Part shown: positions 55,903 to 64,000 of the stretch, piece by piece
How the letters are laid out: each line of letters opens with the position of its first letter
How positions within the stretch are numbered: position 1 is the stretch's first letter
Assembly (NCBI GenBank): GCA_963737125.1
Contig: CAVTRL010000001.1
Span: forward strand, 346,699 to 410,698
Length of the DNA stretch: 64,000 nucleotides
Reading direction: 5' to 3'
Source of the DNA: an uncultured Chloroflexia bacterium
Lineage (GTDB): Bacteria; Chloroflexota; UBA5177
Program-made: the position numbers and the translations under genes
The notes under the pieces: generated by a model
The model's input: only the letters and a program-made list of their open reading frames with translations
The model's database searches: none
What the model was told of the DNA's origin: nothing

Positions 55903-56895
55903 GTGCCGGCTCGGTACGTCGTCGCGGGTAATTTCTGCGTAGACACGGTGGTAAGTCCCTCGGGCGAGCGAATGGACGAGCAGCTTGGTGGAACCGCGGT
56001 CTACGGCGTGGCTGGTGCACGCGTATGGTCGGATTCCGTCGCGATCTGCACCGTGGTTGGTGAAGATTATGCCGAGCGCCTGCGTACCGAGCTTGCCGAC
56101 AGCGGAGTCGACGTGCAGGGTATTCGAAGCGTTCCCCAGCCCCACGGACTTGTTTGGTTCACCGGGTATTTGAATGGGGATGAGCGGGTCGACGATGTGC
56201 AACTTTTTGCTTCCCCGAGACGCCCGCCCCAGGACCGTCGCTATGTGATGAGTGGATCGGCTCGCCACAGGAGACTCTGGCCTATCTTTTCGCCGGCACC
56301 CTCTGACGTACCGGGTGAATACCTGTCCGCTGATAGAGTTCATCTCGCGCCCATGCCTCTGAGTCGACTCACGAAGAATGCCGAACTGTTTAGAGAGCAT
56401 GGTGTGGGCGTCAGCATCGATTGGCCGTTTTGGCGCGCCGGTACCCACCCGACCCTGGCGCGAAGTCTCCTTCAACACGTTGACTCGGTATTACCCAGCA
56501 CGGCGGAACTGCAGCAATTTCGACCGGGAACGTTAGAGACGGCGGCAATAGAGATTTCCGCTGCGGGGCCAAGGATTGTGATCGTTAAGCGGGGATCGGC
56601 GGGTGTCAGAGTCTTTGACTTCGACGCCAATGTCGTTGCGGATGTGCCTGCCTACTCCACAGAGGTTCGCGACCCAACCGGAGCCGGCGATGCATTTTGT
56701 GGAGGCTATACCGTGGGCCTGCATGAAACGGGCGATCCGGTTGAAGCTGCCGTCTATGGTGTTGTCTCGGCCTCCTTCGTCATCGAAGACTTCGGTGCGC
56801 TCCATGCCCTTCACATTCAACGTCGGCAAGCAGAAGCCAGGCGTTCGGCGATTCGAAATCACATTATCTGCAGGCGATCTCGCGAGACCGCCTGA
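55903..56895 (+). CDS. PfkB/ribokinase family carbohydrate kinase
   Basis: LGGTAVY, IVIVKRGSAG, DPTGAGDAFCGG. Confidence 0.9.
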   Translation: MPARYVVAGNFCVDTVVSPSGERMDEQLGGTAVYGVAGARVWSDSVAICTVVGEDYAERLRTELADSGVDVQGIRSVPQPHGLVWFTGYLNGDERVDDVQLFASPRRPPQDRRYVMSGSARHRRLWPIFSPAPSDVPGEYLSADRVHLAPMPLSRLTKNAELFREHGVGVSIDWPFWRAGTHPTLARSLLQHVDSVLPSTAELQQFRPGTLETAAIEISAAGPRIVIVKRGSAGVRVFDFDANVVADVPAYSTEVRDPTGAGDAFCGGYTVGLHETGDPVEAAVYGVVSASFVIEDFGALHALHIQRRQAEARRSAIRNHIICRRSRETA

Positions 56896-56914
56896 CTACC
56901 AGTTGGAAGGACAA

Positions 56915-58141
56915 GTGCCTGTGACTACTGAACTCGACATAGACCATTCCACTCCCTGGACTGACCCTTTCCGTCTTACGGTGGATGATCTACTTGACGA
57001 GGTGCGAAACCAGCCACGCGTAATACAAGGCGTGCTTGAGGCATCGCGAGAACGTCTGCGTGATGCCCTCGACCCCGACAAAATCCGATCGGTTCGTCGG
57101 TTATATATCACGGGTTGTGGGGATTCGTACTATGCGGGTCTAGCCGCTCGCTTCGCCATGGAACGTTGGACCGGAATGGCCGTCGAGCCAATCGAAGCCA
57201 TGGAATTCTCGCGATACCACGCTGCCACCGCCTGCACCGATTCGGCGCTGATTTCGATTTCTAACTCGGGAAAAGCCATGCGTACGGTAGAGGCCGCCGC
57301 GGCTGCCACGCAACACGGGCTGATGTCTATCGCCGTGACGGGCAACGACCAGAGCCCGTTGGCGGATGCGTCTCGAGTGATTCTCAACCAGCAGGTCAAA
57401 CGGAACGGCGTCTCGCTGACGATGCCGGCCAACCTCGAAGGAAAGCAAGTCCGGGGCTTTTTCGGAATGGCCAATTACGTGGCAACGCTGACCATGCTCT
57501 TCTCATTCGCCGCCTACGTTGGTGAAATACGTGGGCACCTTTCGGCGCGGGAGGCCGAGAGTCTTCGGGATCGTATTAACCAGACGGCCGAGACAGTCGC
57601 GGCTGCTGTTGAAATCATGGCGGGGCCGGCACGGCAGCTGGCGAGCGAGACGTCTGACCGCGAACCCATCTTCATCGGATCTGGACCCAGTTATGCGTCG
57701 GCCCTGTTCTTTGCAGCCAAGATGTACGAGCTCCCCCGAGTGAAAGCATCCACTCAGTTACTCGAGGAATGGGCGCACGAACAGTTCTTCATTACCAACG
57801 CCAAATCGTTGGCCTTCTTTATTACACCCCCTGGACGAAGCGAAGGGCGCGCTTTGGAGCTGATGCCGATTGCGAAGGCCTGTGGGGCAACCACGGTGGT
57901 AATCACCGAAGTAGGAAGCCGAACTGCCACGGAGGCCGATCTCTCCTTGCTCGTACCGGGGGAGACGGCAGAAGAGCTAACACCATTTGTTTACTGCGTT
58001 CCGGCGCAGCTCTACGCGGCGTATTTTGCGCAGGAGCGCGGGCGGCCAGCATTTGCGTTTGACAACTGGCAGCAAAAAAGGATGAACGAACAAAGTATCC
58101 AAGGCAGTGTTCTTTGGAAAGAGGAGGAGACCGTGGTCTGA
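56915..58141 (+). CDS. Double-SIS-domain protein (FrlB deglycase / GlmS isomerase-domain-like)
   Basis: GGAAGG SD before GTG; EVRNQP, YITGCGDSY, ISISNSG, FIGSGPSYA, KMYE, EEWAHEQF, FVYCVPAQL. Confidence 0.88.
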   Translation: MPVTTELDIDHSTPWTDPFRLTVDDLLDEVRNQPRVIQGVLEASRERLRDALDPDKIRSVRRLYITGCGDSYYAGLAARFAMERWTGMAVEPIEAMEFSRYHAATACTDSALISISNSGKAMRTVEAAAAATQHGLMSIAVTGNDQSPLADASRVILNQQVKRNGVSLTMPANLEGKQVRGFFGMANYVATLTMLFSFAAYVGEIRGHLSAREAESLRDRINQTAETVAAAVEIMAGPARQLASETSDREPIFIGSGPSYASALFFAAKMYELPRVKASTQLLEEWAHEQFFITNAKSLAFFITPPGRSEGRALELMPIAKACGATTVVITEVGSRTATEADLSLLVPGETAEELTPFVYCVPAQLYAAYFAQERGRPAFAFDNWQQKRMNEQSIQGSVLWKEEETVV

Positions 58142-58244
58142 AGGTAACCCTGGGAGACTACCACTTCTTCCGACGGGACACATGGTTGAAGAGACGAAAA
58201 GTAGGCCGACGCGCGCATGACTCGTGGCATGCAGGAGAGACAGG

Positions 58245-59894
58245 ATGGACGAGGAACTCGAGAACAGCCTGGTAGACCAACATGACGGGAAGTTAAGTCG
58301 ACAGGACTTCATTGCACGGGCGGCGGCTGCGGGAGTCTCGCTCTCGATTGCAGGCTCATTTCTTGCCAACCCGGGAGTTGCCGCGGCTGCGCCGAAACGT
58401 GGCGGCACAATGGAGTTCTTTACCTCTGCGGATCCGCTTTCGCTTGATCCCGCGGTTATCGCTTCGTGGGATCAGGATGTAGTTATCGGCAACATCTACG
58501 AAGGACTGTTCCGGTTGAGCCCCTCGGGCAATAAAGTTCTTCCTGGACTGGCCAAAGGGCTCCATGTCTCCACGGATGGAAAGACCTGGACCTTCTCGCT
58601 TCGCAATGCTTTCTTTCACAACGGGAGAGCTGTCACTGCTAGCGACGTGAAGTACACGTTGGAACGCGTGCTTGATCCAGCTACCAAGAGCCCGAAGTCA
58701 TGGCTCCTTACCGACATCGCAGGAGCAAGTGCCTACGTTGCAGGTCACGCTAAACATGTGACCGGCATCAAAGTCATCAATGCGTCCACTCTCCAGATCC
58801 AACTCTCGCACCCGCTCGCCCCGTTCAAAAGTATGCTGGCTGTCGTGAACCTCGGTGTAGTCCCGCATGAGGAGGTAAGTCGTTACGGGCAGGACTTCGG
58901 GCAGCACGCTATGTCGGCCGGGCCGTTCAAGCTCGGCTCGTGGAAGCAGAATCAGAACCTCACCGTGGATGCGTTTCCGAAGTATTGGGGCGGACGCCCA
59001 TATCTGGACCACACGCGGTGGACGTTTATTGGTGACGAGAGTACTCGTGTCGTCGAGTTCCAGGCCCACAAGCTCGACGACGCATGGGTGCCTCCCGCGT
59101 ACTGGAATCAGTACTACGGCAACAAGACCTGGCGTAAGCACCTCAACTGGGCCCATACGCTGCATACGGAATTCTGGGCTGTCAACCCCGATAAAGGGCC
59201 ATTTGGGACGAACCGAGCCCTAAGAGAAGCTCTCGCCTACGGAATCAACATGCACGACGTGATTCTGGAGCTTCAGGGAAGGGCAACGATCGCGAACGGA
59301 ATCTTGCCGCCAGGCGTGCTTGGCTTTAAAGAGACCAGTAAGGCGACCTATGGGCATAACCTGGCCAAAGCGAAGGCGCTCATGGCGCAAGCCGGCTTTG
59401 CAAACGGTCTGCCGGACCCGGTCGAAGTGATTCTGCCCAACTGGGACAACGAGGTCACAATTCACCAGATATATGCATCCCAACTTCAAGCAATCGGCAT
59501 ACAACTTTCCCTCAAGCCGATGGAGTTCAGCTCTTACCTCGACGCGCTCAACAACGGCAATTTTACGCTTGGGTGGGGCTACAGGGTCGCCGATTACGTT
59601 GACCCAGATAGTTTCATGTATCCCATGCTCGCTTCAGTCAACGTCGGCCAAAGCGGGAATTGGGCACGCTACCGCAACAGCAAAGTGGATGCCTGGATCA
59701 ACCAGGCACGCACAACCATGAATAAGACAACGCGCGTCGACCTGTATACCGAAGTCCACAAGCAGGTGATGCACGACCTTCCGTACATCCCTCTATTCCA
59801 CAACATTTGGGTGGACGTGAGTCAGCCCAGCGTTCACGGGTACGTCGCGTCGGCAATGGACACACACATGTTCCAGCATGTGTGGATTAGTTAA
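58245..59894 (+). CDS. ABC transporter substrate-binding protein, family 5
   Basis: KRGGTM, SLDPA, IYEGLFR, FHNGRAVTASDVKYTLER, SAGPFKL; Tat-like leader SRQDFI. Confidence 0.9.
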   Translation: MDEELENSLVDQHDGKLSRQDFIARAAAAGVSLSIAGSFLANPGVAAAAPKRGGTMEFFTSADPLSLDPAVIASWDQDVVIGNIYEGLFRLSPSGNKVLPGLAKGLHVSTDGKTWTFSLRNAFFHNGRAVTASDVKYTLERVLDPATKSPKSWLLTDIAGASAYVAGHAKHVTGIKVINASTLQIQLSHPLAPFKSMLAVVNLGVVPHEEVSRYGQDFGQHAMSAGPFKLGSWKQNQNLTVDAFPKYWGGRPYLDHTRWTFIGDESTRVVEFQAHKLDDAWVPPAYWNQYYGNKTWRKHLNWAHTLHTEFWAVNPDKGPFGTNRALREALAYGINMHDVILELQGRATIANGILPPGVLGFKETSKATYGHNLAKAKALMAQAGFANGLPDPVEVILPNWDNEVTIHQIYASQLQAIGIQLSLKPMEFSSYLDALNNGNFTLGWGYRVADYVDPDSFMYPMLASVNVGQSGNWARYRNSKVDAWINQARTTMNKTTRVDLYTEVHKQVMHDLPYIPLFHNIWVDVSQPSVHGYVASAMDTHMFQHVWIS

Positions 59895-59912
59895 TACGAC
59901 GTCCACAACGGG

Positions 59913-59947
59913 TGGCGAGGCTGCACCCCGAGGGGTGCGCCTCGCCA
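59913..59947 (+). terminator. Strong intercistronic hairpin after the SBP gene (mRNA stabiliser or attenuator)
   Basis: TGGCGAGGC-T-GCACCC-CGAG-GGGTGC-GCCTCGCCA; no poly-U tail. Confidence 0.55.
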
Positions 59948-59969
59948 GAAAATTCCGGATGGGTCTCGA

Positions 59970-60896
59970 ATGGTCCAGTTTTTGATTCGCCGTCTCCTGC
60001 TGCTTGCTCTGGTGGTCTGGGGATTGGTTACGGTGGTCTTCCTGCTGGTAACGGTGCTGCCCGGTAACCCCGCCCAGTTAATCGCCGGCGCCGGTGCTCC
60101 TGCTGCAACTGTGGAGTCCATCCGGCACCAGTTGGGACTCGATCAACCTCTCCCAGTGCAATATCTCCAGTATTTGAACCACGTGGTGCACGGTGACCTT
60201 GGGCGCTCATATCAGTCCCACCGCCCGGTGTGGAATGAGCTTATGAACGTCTTTCCAAGGACTATACAGCTGGCGCTAGCTGCCGAAATTATTGCGTCGT
60301 TGTTTGGCGTGGGCCTTGGAGTGCTCGCGGCTTCCAACGACGGCAAGGTGGCTGACCGGATAGCGACGCTAATTTCCGCTTTCAGCCTCTCTATGCCTCA
60401 ATTCTGGCTGGCGCTCATGCTTCAAATGCTGTTTGCGGTGAGATGGCCCCTATTCCCACCCTCGGGCTACGGGAACGGGTTCGATTTGTACATTGTTCTC
60501 CCGGCGGTTACGTTGGCACTCCCCACGATCGGTTTCGTTGGACGTATCAGTCGCTCCGCCATGGTGCAGGAAATCCATGCCGATTACATACGCACAGGTC
60601 GTGCTAAGGGCCTGTCCTATTCCATTGTCATGATCCGCCACTTGTTGCCAAACAGTCTCATCCCGATTGTGACTACCATCGGGAGCGACTTCGTGCGCCT
60701 GATGGGTGGAGTTGTCATAGTAGAAGCCATCTTCGCCTGGCCGGGAATCGGTAGCTATGCTTTCCACGCACTGACGTATCGTGATCTACCCGCCCTTGGT
60801 GGCTCCATTATTGTGTTCGGAGTCACAGTGTCGCTTATCAACATGTTATTGGACATCATTTATGTCGTTATCGACCCACGGATTCGCACCTCGTAA
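59970..60896 (+). CDS. Peptide/nickel ABC transporter permease (DppB-like)
   Basis: LGLDQPLPVQY, GDLGRSY, SMPQFWLA, DYIRTGRAKGL, EAIFAWPGIG, IDPRI. Confidence 0.92.
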   Translation: MVQFLIRRLLLLALVVWGLVTVVFLLVTVLPGNPAQLIAGAGAPAATVESIRHQLGLDQPLPVQYLQYLNHVVHGDLGRSYQSHRPVWNELMNVFPRTIQLALAAEIIASLFGVGLGVLAASNDGKVADRIATLISAFSLSMPQFWLALMLQMLFAVRWPLFPPSGYGNGFDLYIVLPAVTLALPTIGFVGRISRSAMVQEIHADYIRTGRAKGLSYSIVMIRHLLPNSLIPIVTTIGSDFVRLMGGVVIVEAIFAWPGIGSYAFHALTYRDLPALGGSIIVFGVTVSLINMLLDIIYVVIDPRIRTS

Positions 60897-61812
60897 TAGT
60901 GTTGACGGGAACGTAGGTGCCGGGGAACCTGAGGAACTTTTTCGAGCCGAAAGCTCCCTAAGGCAGCGCGTCGCCAGGGCGTTCACGCGTGATCGTACCG
61001 CTCTTACAGGGCTGGTTGTCATCGTTATCCTCGTTGCGTTTGCCGTGGTGGGACCGTATTTCGCGGCGTCGCCCACCCAAATTCAAATGGAGCGCATGGT
61101 CGGGGGATCGATGAGCTTCGCGCCGTTCTCACCCGGTTTTCGCAATTTGTTTGGAACCGACCAACTGGGGCGCGACATCTTTAGCCGGGTGTTGTATGGC
61201 TTACGCACGTCCTTGGAGATCGGCATTCTGGTGCGCGGCGTCACCATTGTGCTGGGCGCATTCCTCGGTCTCGTAGCCGGATATGCGCGCGGAATCGCCG
61301 ATACCGTAACCATGCGGATCGTCGACATTCTGTACGCGTTTCCAGTAATCTTGCTCGCGATGGCCATCACCGTTGTCATGGGACCCGGTTTCAAAACCAT
61401 TGTCATCGCTCTTGTGCTTGTGAGCTGGCCGGATGTCGCACGACTCACCCGCAGCCAGACTCTCTCCTTGCGCCAGGCCCCGTACGTCGATGCGGCACGC
61501 GCGATCGGCGCATCGACGCCACGAATAATTTCTCGGCACATCATTCCTAACATGCTGGACACGCTCGTGGTCACATTCTCTATCGGGGTTCCTGGCGCAA
61601 TCATGTACGAGGCGGGCTTGAGCTTCTTCGGCTTCGGCATACAGCCGCCGAATCCGAGTTTGGGCTCGATCATCGCCGACGGCCGGGGCTATATCACATC
61701 CGCCTGGTGGTATCCGCTCTTTCCTGGACTCGTCCTGGTCCTGATTACCATTTCGTTCAACTTGCTGGGGGATGGGCTTGCTCGTGCCCTTGATCCTCGC
61801 CGGCGAACATAG
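60862..61812 (+). CDS. Peptide/nickel ABC transporter permease (DppC-like)
   Basis: FGTDQLGRDI, YVDAARAIGAS, SFFGFGIQPPNPSLG, GDGLARALDPR. Start uncertain. Confidence 0.9.
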   Translation: MSLSTHGFAPRNSVDGNVGAGEPEELFRAESSLRQRVARAFTRDRTALTGLVVIVILVAFAVVGPYFAASPTQIQMERMVGGSMSFAPFSPGFRNLFGTDQLGRDIFSRVLYGLRTSLEIGILVRGVTIVLGAFLGLVAGYARGIADTVTMRIVDILYAFPVILLAMAITVVMGPGFKTIVIALVLVSWPDVARLTRSQTLSLRQAPYVDAARAIGASTPRIISRHIIPNMLDTLVVTFSIGVPGAIMYEAGLSFFGFGIQPPNPSLGSIIADGRGYITSAWWYPLFPGLVLVLITISFNLLGDGLARALDPRRRT

Positions 61813-61843
61813 CCCAACACCCAATAGTCCCGGAGGATGCGCC

Positions 61844-63019
61844 ATGACAACCGATTTCGACGTTCAGGTCACACGAGTGGAAGCTGCAATCGATCCTTTA
61901 CAGGACGAAGACATTGATGCTTACGAGGAACAGCTGCGAGGCTACACCATTGTCGATGTAGACGTGCATATGGACGATACTTTGACAAATATGGTGCCGT
62001 ATATTGAGGGCTACCACCAGAAGCGCCTGGAATCGTTGCTCCAGAACGACTTCAAGGGCGAACCGGGAAATTCGCTGCGCAATATGATCGCGCACGTGTT
62101 TCATTTAGGTTCCAATTACGACAAGGCGCCGCACGCCAAGCTTGCTTCCAAAGAAGACCTTCTAGCACGAATGAGTCGAGGGATCATCGACTGCAGCATC
62201 CTGTTCCCCAGTGAATTGCTTCCTATCGGGTACTTGCCCGATGAAAAATGGGCGGCCGCGCTGGCAGAAACCTACAACCGATACATGGTTGACAATTACA
62301 GCGATCTTCCGGGCATCAAGATCGGGTTACTGGTCGCTCCGCAGATGCCGGAGCATGCCGCCCGTGAGATACGCGCCTATGCCGACCGCAAGGACGTGGT
62401 TGCCGTCTGTGTGCCCGATATTGGCGTGAACCCACCGATCGGCAACCACAAATATTTGCCTATTTTCGAGGCTGCCGCTGAATGCAATCTCCCCATCGCG
62501 TTCCACGGAATCGAATCGTTACTGCATGGCAACTATCCGTTGCGGGTCTCAAACTTCTCCACGTTGCTCGAGCTATACACGATTGGGTTTCCCTTTACCG
62601 CAATGCTCCAAATTATCTCGGTGGTTGGGGAAGGTATTCCGGCGCGCTTTCCACATTTGAAGTTTTGCGTTCTGGAGGCCGGCATCTCGTGGATGCCCTT
62701 CGTTATGTACCGTCTCGATGCCTCGTACCGCCGTCATAGAACGGAAACGCCTGAGTTGACGAAACGCCCAAGCGACTACATTCGCGAATGGGGAGTGGGA
62801 ACTCACGAACTTGAGGAACTGGCACATCCCGCTGACCTGGCGCGTACGATTGCCCTCTACAGAGGAGAGGATACAACAATGTGGGCGTCTGACTGGCCGC
62901 ACCAGGAGCGTGATCTCCTGGGCGGAATTATGCGCTACGAGTTGAACGACACGCTGCGGAGGAAGATCCTGGGACAGAACGCCGTGCGGTTCTTCGACCT
63001 CGATGGTCGCAAGGCATAA
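61844..63019 (+). CDS. Amidohydrolase_2 family metal-dependent hydrolase/decarboxylase
   Basis: GGAGG SD; VDVDVH, YNRYM, PIFEAAAECNLPIAFHG, LEAGISW, WASDWPH, ILGQNAVRFF. Confidence 0.9.
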   Translation: MTTDFDVQVTRVEAAIDPLQDEDIDAYEEQLRGYTIVDVDVHMDDTLTNMVPYIEGYHQKRLESLLQNDFKGEPGNSLRNMIAHVFHLGSNYDKAPHAKLASKEDLLARMSRGIIDCSILFPSELLPIGYLPDEKWAAALAETYNRYMVDNYSDLPGIKIGLLVAPQMPEHAAREIRAYADRKDVVAVCVPDIGVNPPIGNHKYLPIFEAAAECNLPIAFHGIESLLHGNYPLRVSNFSTLLELYTIGFPFTAMLQIISVVGEGIPARFPHLKFCVLEAGISWMPFVMYRLDASYRRHRTETPELTKRPSDYIREWGVGTHELEELAHPADLARTIALYRGEDTTMWASDWPHQERDLLGGIMRYELNDTLRRKILGQNAVRFFDLDGRKA

Positions 63020-63035
63020 GGAGTCGGAGACAATC

Positions 63036-63398
63036 GTGACGGACAAACAAACATACGAAATATGTCAAATACAGTCGTTTCCATCTGGAACGCGACTGCG
63101 GGTTCAGATTGGACGTAAGGTCATTGCCGTCTTCAACATAGATGGTGAGTTATATGCGATTCATGACCGATGTCCTCACCAGTTTGCACCGCTCAGTCGA
63201 GGCAAGCTTCAGGGCACGCTGGTCTGTAGCGCGGAGACCAACTGGGAACCGGAATGGACCTGTGAGGGTGAGATTGTGGTGTGCCCGGGGCACGGCATGG
63301 AATACCACGTAAAGACTGGCCAGGCAATCGGTTACGACTTTAGGCTGAGAACCTATTCTGTATTCGTCGAGGACGGGGTCGTAAAACTGTTGGCGTAG
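63036..63398 (+). CDS. Rieske (2Fe-2S) ferredoxin
   Basis: IAVFNIDGELYAIHDRCPHQ...VVCPGHG...Y...TG (CxH / CxxH ligands). Confidence 0.88.
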   Translation: MTDKQTYEICQIQSFPSGTRLRVQIGRKVIAVFNIDGELYAIHDRCPHQFAPLSRGKLQGTLVCSAETNWEPEWTCEGEIVVCPGHGMEYHVKTGQAIGYDFRLRTYSVFVEDGVVKLLA

Positions 63399-63414
63399 CA
63401 CGTGACGGGATAGG

Positions 63415-63999
63415 TTACGCCTTCTTGCGGCGATTGGCCAGCAGCTTACTCGCCACGGATTCCCCGTCTGCATCTTCTTCGTCCGCCACTGATGTGGAGC
63501 TTCCCGCTGGTGGTCGACGCCCGCTGAGCGGAGTGATCGTGCGGGGCAATCTGCCGGTCCAGGCGTCATCGATTGCCGAGTGAGTGGAAACTCCGTCGCG
63601 TCGAGCGCGCCGTTCGCGCAGCACGCCCATCAGCGGGATGGCAGGCTCGTTCGCGGTTGGCGCGGTCCGGACAAATGGAAGTGAGGCCGCAATGGTGGCC
63701 AGCTCTCGCCGGCTGACGATGAGGCGGCGGACTCCAACATCGATTGGCAGCAGAAGCAGGGCCAGGAGTAAGAGCCAGAGCGTGGGATCGTACCCGGCGA
63801 GTACGGATTGCAAATTGTCTTTCCAGGCATCCTGCGGACGGGTGATGACACTTCCGCCTCCAGCCGCCGCCAGCGTCCGGAGGAACTGCGTATTGGCACC
63901 GGTCGTGCGGTATTCGGGCGAGTACGGGACATCGACTCCGACCTGTCCGGCATCGCCATGGCCGGCGCCGTGCGCTTCTACCGTGACGAAATACGCACC
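63415..63999 (-). CDS. C-terminal part of a membrane-anchored protein of the VWA / glutamine-amidotransferase-like type, 5' end truncated
   Basis: The frame stays open from the window edge: GAYFVTV...YSPEYRTTGANTQFLRTLAAAGGG...LWLLLLALLLLPIDVGVRR. I associate this C-terminus with VWA-domain proteins, but the VWA domain itself lies outside the window. Confidence 0.6.
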   Translation of the reverse strand, partial: GAYFVTVEAHGAGHGDAGQVGVDVPYSPEYRTTGANTQFLRTLAAAGGGSVITRPQDAWKDNLQSVLAGYDPTLWLLLLALLLLPIDVGVRRLIVSRRELATIAASLPFVRTAPTANEPAIPLMGVLRERRARRDGVSTHSAIDDAWTGRLPRTITPLSGRRPPAGSSTSVADEEDADGESVASKLLANRRKKA

Positions 64000-64000
64000 C

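Noticed and set aside
1-64000. tRNA, rRNA, CRISPR array, transposase/integrase or defence system
   Set aside because: Manual reading found no cloverleaf T-loop/CCA context, no regularly spaced direct repeats and no DDE, tyrosine-recombinase or Cas motifs. A tRNAscan/Infernal/CRISPRCasFinder run would be decisive.

Overview
GC-rich bacterial window, probably from a monoderm soil-type lineage (Chloroflexota- or Actinomycetota-like; this is inference from gene content only). It is densely coding. I found no rRNA, tRNA, CRISPR array or intact mobile element. Layout: (1) 1-4.8 kb, minus strand: a RiPP-like operon encoding a PqqD/RRE domain fused to a twin-arginine leader and a 14-Cys peptide, a MauE + double-thioredoxin protein, an HprK-related P-loop kinase and a DUF4012 protein. 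(2) 5.4-14 kb: surface-polysaccharide genes (two tandem Wzc/CpsCD-type tyrosine kinases, VanZ, amino-sugar transaminase, two acyltransferases, a frameshifted GH1). (3) 14.5-18.6 kb: Nramp-like transporter with PRC-barrel proteins, a BtuF-like protein and a RibD/DHFR-like protein. (4) 18.8-26.4 kb: peptidoglycan-recycling operon (family-5 ABC importer, GNAT, anmK, murQ, serine hydrolase). (5) 28-55 kb: a large uncharacterised sugar/sugar-acid catabolic island (MtnK-like kinase, a divergent enolase paralog with altered active-site residues, GntR, two MR/MLE enzymes, three SDRs, two 2-hydroxyacid dehydrogenases, two TIM-barrel isomerases, two RbsABC-type importers, lipoyl-fused E1-alpha plus E1-beta). 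(6) 55-63.4 kb: UTRA-GntR, PfkB kinase, SIS protein, peptide-type ABC importer, and an amidohydrolase + Rieske pair. Three genes carry single-base frameshifts; two lie in homopolymer runs and are probably sequencing errors. The best candidates for new biology are the RRE-Tat-Cys-rich peptide system and the kinase / divergent-enolase pair. All calls come from motif recognition by eye; no database searches were run.
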